This document shows positions 35,820 to 40,473 of a stretch of 64,000 nucleotides of DNA, piece after piece; positions within the stretch are counted from its first letter, which is position 1, and each line of letters opens with the position of its first letter. The notes under the pieces were generated by a model. The model did no database searches. It saw only the letters and a list, made by a program, of their open reading frames with translations, and had not been told where the DNA came from. The stretch covers positions 12,783 to 76,782 of the forward strand of contig JBEKVM010000029.1 of assembly GCA_049513975.1 (NCBI GenBank). The letters run 5' to 3'. A program made the translations under genes and the position numbers. The stretch is from Verrucomicrobiota bacterium (GTDB lineage: Bacteria > Verrucomicrobiota > Verrucomicrobiia > Limisphaerales > Palsa-1400).

Positions 35820-36581
35820 ATGACGATTCCGGCTGAATTGCTGCAACGCCTGGCCGCCGCCAAAAGCGTGACGGTGCTGACGGGCGCCGGCGTGTCGGCG
35901 GAAAGCGGGGTCCCCACATTTCGCGATGCCCAGACCGGGCTGTGGGCGAAATTCAGTCCCGAAGAACTGGCCACGCCGCGCGCCTTCCGGCGAAATCCCC
36001 GCCTGGTTTGGGAATGGTATGAATGGCGGCGTGAGCTTGTCGCCGCCGCCAAGCCAAACCCGGCGCACCTCGCCCTGGCAGAAATGGAGAAGGTCTTTCC
36101 GCGGTTCCATCTCATCACGCAAAACGTGGACGGTCTGCATCAACGCGCTGGAAGCCGGCGGGTCATCGAACTGCACGGCAATATCATGCGCACGAAATGT
36201 TTTGACGAGGGCACGCTGGTTTCGAGTTGGAAAGACACCGGCGATGTCCCGCCGAAATGCCCGGCCTGTGGCGGCTGGTTGCGCCCCGACGTGGTTTGGT
36301 TTGAAGAGGCAATGCCGGAAGCGGAGATGGCACAGGCCGCGACGGCGAGCACGCATTGCGACGTCTTTTTTTCCATCGGCACGTCCACTGTTGTTTATCC
36401 CGCGGCCGCCCTGCCAGCGGAAGCGTTGCGCAGCGGGGCGACCGTGGCGGAGATCAATCCGCAACCCACACCATTCACGCCGCAGGCGCATTTTGCTCTG
36501 GCTGGGGCGGCCGGGGTTGTGTTGCCCGAATTGATGGAGGGCCTCAACGCCGTGCGTGGCGGGCTGCGCGCGTCGTCGTAG
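35820..36581 (+). CDS. cobB: Sir2-family NAD-dependent protein deacylase (CobB-like)
   Basis: GAGVSAESGVPTFRD, QNVDGLHQRAG, Zn ribbon C..C...CPACGG, FFSIGTS. Start MTIPAELL at 35820. Opposite strand to the array. Confidence 0.85.
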   Translation: MTIPAELLQRLAAAKSVTVLTGAGVSAESGVPTFRDAQTGLWAKFSPEELATPRAFRRNPRLVWEWYEWRRELVAAAKPNPAHLALAEMEKVFPRFHLITQNVDGLHQRAGSRRVIELHGNIMRTKCFDEGTLVSSWKDTGDVPPKCPACGGWLRPDVVWFEEAMPEAEMAQAATASTHCDVFFSIGTSTVVYPAAALPAEALRSGATVAEINPQPTPFTPQAHFALAGAAGVVLPELMEGLNAVRGGLRASS

Positions 36582-36636
36582 GCCCACCTCCGCTCTACGA
36601 GCTACGGCGGCCAACCTTCGCCGCGGCGAAGGTTGG
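36582..36636 (-). repeat. Partial E-type repeat with a perfect 12-bp hairpin that pairs the CCA of the Cys tRNA-like
   Basis: CCAACCTTCGCC-GC-GGCGAAGGTTGG (36611..36636) followed by CCGCCGTAGCTCGTAGAGCGG, homologous to the E repeats. Abuts the sirtuin stop codon. Confidence 0.55.
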
Positions 36637-36708
36637 AATCCCGTGCTGGAATTGCACCAGCCTTTGCGGTTCTGCAGACCGCCGCCTGAGCTGCTCGGCC
36701 AACGGGAC
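36634..36708 (-). tRNA. tRNA-like Cys(GCA), CCA encoded
   Basis: GTCCCGT-TG-GCCG-AGCAGCTCA-GGC-G-GCGGT-CTGCAGA-ACCGC-AAAG-GCTGG-TGCAATT-CCAGC-ACGGGAT-T-CCA. U73. Confidence 0.75.
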
Positions 36709-36720
36709 GCACTTCAAAAT

Positions 36721-36795
36721 TGGGGTGACCAACCGGAGTTGCACCGGCACAAACGCCGTCACGGGGCGTGATGCTGCTGTTACATCATGATCACC
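36721..36795 (-). tRNA. tRNA-like His(GTG) with encoded G-1 and C73
   Basis: (G-1)GTGATCA-TG-ATGT-AACAGCA-GCAT-C-ACGCC-CCGTGAC-GGCGT-TTGT-GCCGG-TGCAACT-CCGGT-TGGTCAC-C-CCA. C33. Confidence 0.75.
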
Positions 36796-36798
36796 ATG

Positions 36799-36892
36799 GC
36801 AAAAGTGCAAAGTTGTGAACGCAAAGTGCAGAGTGGAAGGCACCATGTTCGCGTCCTTCCATTCTTCACTCTGCATTCTGCCTTCTTCACTC
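36799..36892. repeat. Heptad-repeat hairpin f
   Basis: AAAGTGCAAAGTTGTGAACGCAAAGTGCAGAGTGGAAGG...CCTTCCATTCTTCACTCTGCATTCTGCCTTCTTCAC. Confidence 0.7.
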
Positions 36893-36895
36893 AAA

Positions 36896-36971
36896 TGGAG
36901 CCCCTGGCCGGACTCGCACCGGCGGATACGAGTTTACGAAACTCGCCCTGTTGCTGCTGAGGCACGGGGGC
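36896..36971 (-). tRNA. tRNA-like Thr(CGT), CCA encoded
   Basis: GCCCCCG-TG-CCTC-AGCAGCAAC-AGGG-CGAGT-TTCGTAA-ACTCG-TATCC-GCCGG-TGCGAGT-CCGGC-CAGGGGC-T-CCA. U73, as in the other Thr unit. Confidence 0.65.
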
Positions 36972-36973
36972 GG

Positions 36974-37099
36974 GAAAGAAAGGATGAAGGATGAAGGCTG
37001 AAGGCTAAAGTAAAGGCAAAAGCGAGCGATCAACAAGAGATTCTAATGCTCGCTGAGCAATCTTTTCCTTCATCCTTCATACTTCTTCCTTCTTACTTC
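36974..37099. repeat. Heptad-repeat hairpin g
   Basis: AAGGATGAAGGATGAAGGCTGAAGGCTAAAG...CCTTCATCCTTCATACTTCTTCCTTCTTACTTC. Confidence 0.7.
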
Positions 37100-37104
37100 A
37101 AAAC

Positions 37105-37150
37105 TGGCGCTCTCACATGGATTTGCACCATGAGGTTCTGGCTTCGTTAC
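37105..37150 (-). pseudogene. 3' fragment of a tRNA-like unit (CCA, acceptor strand, T-arm CATGG-TGCAAAT-CCATG), truncated at the adjacent CDS
   Basis: Plus strand TGG-C-GCTCTCA-CATGG-ATTTGCA-CCATG. No matching 5' acceptor strand. The region beyond 37147 is the 3' end of the ORF. Confidence 0.45.
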
Positions 37151-37719
37151 GGCCAAACACTCGCCCGGTTTGTCGCCAGGTTGTCGAGAATCCAGGTTTT
37201 GTTGCGAAGCGGAAAAAGAGTTAATCTCGACATGTTGTCAACATTACTGGCGGCCTCCCGGACCTCGGCCATATTCGGCAGGCGGACGTAATTGCTGCCT
37301 TCGATCATCACCTGGGGTGCTCGGTGCTCCATGTAGTCCCGTACGTAGCTGCCCAGGGAGCCGCTGTTCGGCGGCCAGTCCGAGGACCGTGGAAGATTCG
37401 TGGAACCACTCCGAAGATCAACGACAAATACCAACATGGACGTGTCGTCGTCGTCCACACACAAGAAGCGTTTGCCGTCCGCAAAAGCATAGAGACAAAG
37501 AGGACAATCAAAAAAGTCGCCCCATATACTGAACAACTTGGTTTCGCCGGCATAGACGGGATATTCCTTGTCCCCCCACCACAGAGGTGCTGGGAGCTTG
37601 ACAGCCGCCACGACTTTCCCGTTTGCGCGAAGCTTCACACTGCGCGTTCCCAATAGCTGCCATAGCGCCAAGCCAATGGCGGCGACTATGAGAATAAGAA
37701 TGACGATTCGTCGTTTCAC
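37147..37719 (-). CDS. Hypothetical membrane-anchored protein
   Basis: MKRRIVILILIVAAIGLALW anchor. Lower GC. Sits inside the array on the array strand. Confidence 0.5.
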   Translation of the reverse strand: MKRRIVILILIVAAIGLALWQLLGTRSVKLRANGKVVAAVKLPAPLWWGDKEYPVYAGETKLFSIWGDFFDCPLCLYAFADGKRFLCVDDDDTSMLVFVVDLRSGSTNLPRSSDWPPNSGSLGSYVRDYMEHRAPQVMIEGSNYVRLPNMAEVREAASNVDNMSRLTLFPLRNKTWILDNLATNRASVWP

Positions 37720-37810
37720 GATGTGCAGCGCCTGGAATCTATAAGCCTGGAACGCCCCTCGTAGCCATCATAAATTCGGGCTGACTCAGTTTCTTGCATT
37801 TAGAGCAAAT

Positions 37811-37888
37811 TGGCATCCGTGATCGGACTCGCACCGATTAGGCCCGGCTTGAAAGACCGGCTGCTCGATCTGCTTTGCATTCACGGAC
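37811..37888 (-). tRNA. tRNA-like Glu(TTC), CCA encoded, enlarged D-loop
   Basis: GTCCGTG-AA-TGC-AAAGCAGATCGA-GCA-G-CCGGT-CTTTCAA-GCCGG-GCCTA-ATCGG-TGCGAGT-CCGAT-CACGGAT-G-CCA. Confidence 0.65.
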
Positions 37889-37909
37889 TAATTGCGCAGG
37901 ACTGAGAAT

Positions 37910-37984
37910 TGGCCCCCGAGGTTGGTATCGCGCCAACGTCTCCTCCTCTTCAGGGAGGCGCTAATCTTCCTCAGCTACCCGGGG
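37910..37984 (-). tRNA. tRNA-like Phe(GAA), CCA encoded
   Basis: CCCCGGG-TA-GCTG-AGGAAGATT-AGC-G-CCTCC-CTGAAGA-GGAGG-AGAC-GTTGG-CGCGATA-CCAAC-CTCGGGG-G-CCA. Confidence 0.75.
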
Positions 37985-37990
37985 AATGAA

Positions 37991-38062
37991 TGGCCCGGTA
38001 GAGGGAGACTCTGTCGAGCTGTGACTAAATCGAGTCAGGGTTCGACGGAGTCTCCCTACCGG
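37991..38062 (-). ncRNA. CCA-terminated rod-like hairpin (acceptor-like stem stacked on a 7-bp stem, no cloverleaf)
   Basis: CCGGTAG-G-GAGACTC-C-GTCGA-ACCC-TGACT-CGATTT-AGTCA-CAGC-TCGAC-A-GAGTCTC-CCT-CTACCGG-G-CCA. Confidence 0.4.
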
Positions 38063-38070
38063 GAAAAGTA

Positions 38071-38141
38071 TCGTCCCGGCAGGTAATGCTCCTGCGTCTT
38101 CCGGTTATCAGCCGGGCGCTCTGCTCTTGAGCTACAGGACG
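38071..38141 (-). tRNA. tRNA-like Ile(GAT), the only member without an encoded CCA
   Basis: CGTCCTG-TA-GCTC-AAGAGCA-GAGC-G-CCCGG-CTGATAA-CCGGA-AGAC-GCAGG-AGCATTA-CCTGC-CGGGACG-A, followed by TAC. Confidence 0.7.
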
Positions 38142-38287
38142 GTGGTTAGTTGCGGTTTCAGGCCGAAGCGTTTGGCGGGGCGGAACACGATGTTCAGCTT
38201 GCCGATTGGCCGGATGCGCATGGCCCGATTTAGTTGGCAGCGCTTGCGAAAGAGCAACTGGCTTTGACAGCGGACAATGGGTTTCAT
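38132..38287 (-). CDS. Possible 51-aa very basic small ORF (below the ORF-track cutoff)
   Basis: ATG at 38287 with AAAGG 8 nt upstream. MKPIVRCQSQLLFRKRCQLNRAMRIRPIGKLNIVFRPAKRFGLKPQLTTVL*. The stop codon lies inside the 5' end of the Ile tRNA-like. Confidence 0.25.
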   Translation of the reverse strand: MKPIVRCQSQLLFRKRCQLNRAMRIRPIGKLNIVFRPAKRFGLKPQLTTVL

Positions 38288-38316
38288 GGGATTACCTTTC
38301 GTTAAGGGTTTGGAAT

Positions 38317-38418
38317 TGGCTTGCCGGGCCGAAGCCGCTTCCGGGAGGAGACATGGCCCGTCTTGGCTTCGCTTCGACGCGGCAGCCTGCGCCGCCCGCT
38401 GATGGAGGCGGCGAAAGC
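38317..38418 (-). repeat. E repeat copy 1 (CCA-terminated structured repeat plus hairpin)
   Basis: Family shared with 38919.., 39193.. and 39468... The plus strand starts AATTGGC(C/T)TGCC and ends GGCGAA(A/G)GCTGG. Confidence 0.6.
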
Positions 38419-38509
38419 TGGCGGAAGGCGTCGGTAACGCTCCGACCTCGGGTTTGAGCCGATCCTGTTTTCGGGACAGGCGCAGCCAGCTTATATCTGC
38501 CTGCCTTCC
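38419..38509 (-). tRNA. tRNA-like Ser(CGA), class II, CCA encoded
   Basis: GGAAGGC-AG-GCAG-ATATAAGCTGG-CTGC-G-CCTGT-CCCGAAA-ACAGG-A-TCGG-CTCAAAC-CCGA-G-GTCGG-AGCGTTA-CCGAC-GCCTTCC-G-CCA. C33. Confidence 0.7.
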
Positions 38510-38513
38510 TTAA

Positions 38514-38588
38514 GTGGAGAGTTGGGAGTAAAGAGTGTAGAATCGAAAATGCCTGTATTCTGCACTCTGCACTTTGCACTCTGCATTC
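38514..38588. repeat. Heptad-repeat hairpin h
   Basis: GTGGAGAGTTGGGAGTAAAGAGTGTAGAATCG...TATTCTGCACTCTGCACTTTGCACTCTGCATTC. Confidence 0.7.
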
Positions 38589-38592
38589 AAAA

Positions 38593-38666
38593 TGGCTGCC
38601 AGACTTGGACTCGCACCAAGACAAGCGGCTTAACAGGCCGCCGTGCTACTTTGACACCACCTGGCA
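38593..38666 (-). tRNA. tRNA-like Asn(GTT), CCA encoded
   Basis: TGCCAGG-TG-GTGT-CAAAGTAG-CAC-G-GCGGC-CTGTTAA-GCCGC-TTGT-CTTGG-TGCGAGT-CCAAG-TCTGGCA-G-CCA. Confidence 0.75.
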
Positions 38667-38668
38667 AT

Positions 38669-38745
38669 TGGCGCTGCCGGCAGGATTTGCACCCGCATAA
38701 GTTCGTTTAGAAGACGAACGCCTCATCTCGTTCGGCCACGGCAGC
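38669..38745 (-). tRNA. tRNA-like Arg(TCT), CCA encoded
   Basis: GCTGCCG-TG-GCCG-AACGAGATGA-GGC-G-TTCGT-CTTCTAA-ACGAA-CTTAT-GCGGG-TGCAAAT-CCTGC-CGGCAGC-G-CCA. Confidence 0.75.
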
Positions 38746-38754
38746 TTTTGGAAA

Positions 38755-38830
38755 TGGTCGGAATGGCAGGGTTTTCACCTGCGGCCTCCCGGTCCCAAGC
38801 CGGGTGCTCTAAAGACTGAGCTACATTCCG
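38755..38830 (-). tRNA. tRNA-like Pro(TGG), CCA encoded
   Basis: CGGAATG-TA-GCTC-AGTCTTTA-GAGC-A-CCCGG-CTTGGGA-CCGGG-AGGCC-GCAGG-TGAAAAC-CCTGC-CATTCCG-A-CCA. Confidence 0.75.
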
Positions 38831-38837
38831 TGAAGAA

Positions 38838-38913
38838 TGGCGGACCCGAAGGGAGTTGCACCCTCAACCCTCCCGCAGACAACGGGGCGCTCTGCTGATT
38901 GAGCTACGAGTCC
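38838..38913 (-). tRNA. tRNA-like Asp(GTC), CCA encoded
   Basis: GGACTCG-TA-GCTC-AATCAGCA-GAGC-G-CCCCG-TTGTCTG-CGGGA-GGGTT-GAGGG-TGCAACT-CCCTT-CGGGTCC-G-CCA. Confidence 0.7.
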
Positions 38914-38918
38914 GAAAT

Positions 38919-39019
38919 TGGCCTGCCCGCCGAAGCTGCGCAGGACGAGGCGTAAAGCCCGCCTTCGCTAAAGCTACGGCGCGGCAGCCTTCGCCCGCCG
39001 TTGCACAGCGGGCGAAGGC
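38919..39019 (-). repeat. E repeat copy 2
   Basis: Minus sense: GCCTTCGCCCGC-TGTGCAACG-GCGGGCGAAGGC hairpin, then CTGCCGCGCCGTAGCTTTAGCGAAGGCGGGCTTTACGCCTCGTCCTGCGCAGCTTCGGCGGGCAG-G-CCA. Confidence 0.65.
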
Positions 39020-39107
39020 TGGTGGGAAGTGCTGGTAACGCTCCAGTCGTCGCTTCCGACATGTTTTGAGACGTCCGGGTTACGGCCGGATTGCCGGATC
39101 ACTTCCC
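39020..39107 (-). tRNA. tRNA-like Tyr(GTA)?, 88 nt, D-arm reduced, long extra arm
   Basis: GGGAAGT-GA-TCCGGCAA-TCCGG-CCGTAAC-CCGGA-CGTCTCAAAACATGTCGGAAGCGACG-ACTGG-AGCGTTA-CCAGC-ACTTCCC-A-CCA. C33. Alternative folds are possible. Confidence 0.45.
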
Positions 39108-39113
39108 TGAAAT

Positions 39114-39186
39114 TGGTAGCGGGGGTGGGAGTTGCGCCCACGGAGGCAGAGCTTATGAGGCTCGCCTGAATCTCATTCTCCCCGCA
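39114..39186 (-). tRNA. tRNA-like Met-type (CAT), 1:72 mismatch, tiny D-loop
   Basis: TGCGGGG-A-GAAT-GAG-ATTC-AGGC-GAGC-CTCATAA-GCTC-TGCCTCC-GTGGG-CGCAACT-CCCAC-CCCCGCT-A-CCA. Confidence 0.55.
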
Positions 39187-39192
39187 GTGAAA

Positions 39193-39293
39193 TGGCCTGC
39201 CAGCCGTAGCTGTGCAGGACGAGGCGTAACGTCGGCCTTCGCTAAAGCTACGGCGCGGCAGCCTTCGCCCGCCGTTGCACAGCGGGCGAAGGC
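39193..39293 (-). repeat. E repeat copy 3
   Basis: Near-identical to copy 2 over the hairpin and the CGGCGCGGCAGCCTTCGCCCGCCGTTGCACAGCGGGCGAAGGCTGG block. Confidence 0.65.
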
Positions 39294-39368
39294 TGGTGGA
39301 GTCGGTGGGTAACGCTCCCACATCGGCTTGCTTGCAGGGCAAGTGCATTGCTTGTCTGCCACGACCCC
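39294..39368 (-). tRNA. tRNA-like Ala(TGC) with G3:U70
   Basis: GGGGTCG-TG-GCA-GACAAGCAA-TGC-A-CTTGC-CCTGCAA-GCAAG-CCGAT-GTGGG-AGCGTTA-CCCAC-CGACTCC-A-CCA. Position 3 G pairs with position 70 T. C33. Confidence 0.75.
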
Positions 39369-39383
39369 ATAAAGTCAAAAGAA

Positions 39384-39457
39384 TGGCAAGCCGCCCTGGT
39401 GCTGCCCCAGGCAAGCTGAGTTTTGGAGACTCTGCTGCACAGGCTGGTGCGCGACTT
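39384..39457 (-). tRNA. tRNA-like Trp(CCA), CCA encoded
   Basis: AAGTCGC-GCAC-CAGCCT-GTGC-AGCA-GAGT-CTCCAAA-ACTC-AGCTTG-CCTGG-GGCAGCA-CCAGG-GCGGCTT-G-CCA. Confidence 0.6.
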
Positions 39458-39467
39458 GTTTTGGAAT

Positions 39468-39567
39468 TGGCCTGCCAGCCGCAGCCGCGCAGGAGGAAAC
39501 GAAAAGCCCGCCTTCGCTGAAGCTGCGGCGGGCAGCCTTCACCCGTTGACATGCAGCGGGGGAAGGC
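39468..39567 (-). repeat. E repeat copy 4 (most diverged)
   Basis: The plus strand starts AATTGGCCTGCCAGCCGCAGCCGCGCAGG and ends GCAGCGGGGGAAGGCTGG. Confidence 0.55.
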
Positions 39568-39641
39568 TGGTGCGGTTGCCGGGAGTTGCGCCCGGACTTC
39601 CTCCGTGGCGGGGAGGCATTCTGCTGTTAAATCACAACCGC
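39568..39641 (-). tRNA. tRNA-like Gly(GCC), CCA encoded
   Basis: GCGGTTG-TG-ATTT-AACAGCAG-AAT-G-CCTCC-CCGCCAC-GGAGG-AAGT-CCGGG-CGCAACT-CCCGG-CAACCGC-A-CCA. C33. Confidence 0.75.
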
Positions 39642-39651
39642 GAAATTAGAA

Positions 39652-39679
39652 GGGCCGGGAGCGTTGCTGCTCCCGGCCC
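39652..39679. other. 11-bp perfect GC-rich hairpin 10 nt upstream of the first array unit
   Basis: GGGCCGGGAGC-gttgct-GCTCCCGGCCC. Confidence 0.6.
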
Positions 39680-39989
39680 ATGCCATTTCAACAAAGAACA
39701 AACACCTCTTGGCGATCTAAGCGATCCCAACCCGCGGTTTCACGGCGGCTGTTTCGGTGTTTAGGGGCACACCTCCTGCAAAGCCCTTAATATGTAAATC
39801 TAAAATTCGTCCTGTTCGTCCTGGGGACGTTGTCTTCCGGTCGTGGGCAGACCCCGCCGGTGAGGCTTCTCTGCTCGTCCCCGCCAAATTCAATTTGTCG
39901 CCAGAAGACATCACCTGGATGTCGCGTTATTCTTGTTCACAGATTGTCCATTTATCGTTGTTAATCGTTCACAGTCATGCTTTTCAGGG

Positions 39990-40026
39990 AAAATAAAAAA
40001 CCCTGCTTGCATGTCGGCAAGCAGGG
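39990..40026 (-). terminator. Rho-independent terminator (minus strand)
   Basis: CCCTGCTTGC-atgtcg-GCAAGCAGGG, with the A-run AAAATAAAAAA on the plus side, which is a U-tract on the minus strand. Confidence 0.6.
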
Positions 40027-40444
40027 TTGAGGAAGTTCTATTTCGTTCGTTACCTGCTTGCCATGAGTCTATCCAACTTGACCTGTTGTTCCGGGGCTGC
40101 GGTGGATAGACCAAGGCTAAACACACTACCCGGGTTATACCGGCTATGACGTGTCCCAATGGTCATTGGGGCCGCCGTCATCGGCCAACTCGCGGCTGAT
40201 ATGTTTAAGCAAGTTTTCATTGAACTTATAACACAGGTATCACGGAGTGTTCATTGCGTCAACTACTATTTAAAAATATTTTGAGATTTTTTTATTGCGC
40301 CCGGATTCATATATTCGGATAGGTTGATGTGAAATTCCTGACGCCCCGCGCAGTTTTTGCGCTGACGCCGTGAGATTGACGCGGGCCTGCCGCTTCTGTT
40401 TCTCCGGGATGATGAAGGAGCCGGCGGCAGGGTTTGGCCTCGCG

Positions 40445-40473
40445 TTGACTGAATGGCAAAATGATTTTAAAAT
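40445..40473 (+). promoter_or_regulatory. Sigma70-like promoter for the downstream hydrolase gene
   Basis: TTGACT, 17-nt spacer, TAAAAT. GAGGAAG RBS before the ATG at 40495. Confidence 0.5.

Noticed and set aside
35820-36581. The Sir2 gene as a defence-type NADase effector (Thoeris/DSR-like).
   Set aside because: It is short and has the standard sirtuin motifs and zinc ribbon of CobB-type deacylases, with no extra sensor or effector domain. A defence role cannot be supported from sequence alone.
37991-38062. The rod-shaped CCA-ended RNA as tRNA-Sec or a tmRNA tRNA-like domain.
   Set aside because: There is no TCA anticodon arm, no 8/5 or 9/4 acceptor/T geometry, no canonical T-loop, and no tag-encoding ORF nearby.
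38919-39019. E repeats as additional complete tRNA genes.
   Set aside because: They end in CCA and have a D-arm-like GTAGCT motif, but I cannot build a 7-bp acceptor stem, a 7-nt anticodon loop or a T-arm. They are reported as a structured repeat instead.
39717-40159. ORFs 39717..39914(-), 39757..39996(+) and 39911..40159(-) as genes.
   Set aside because: They are short and mutually overlapping, with no RBS or motif, and they sit in a structured low-GC intergenic region that contains a terminator.
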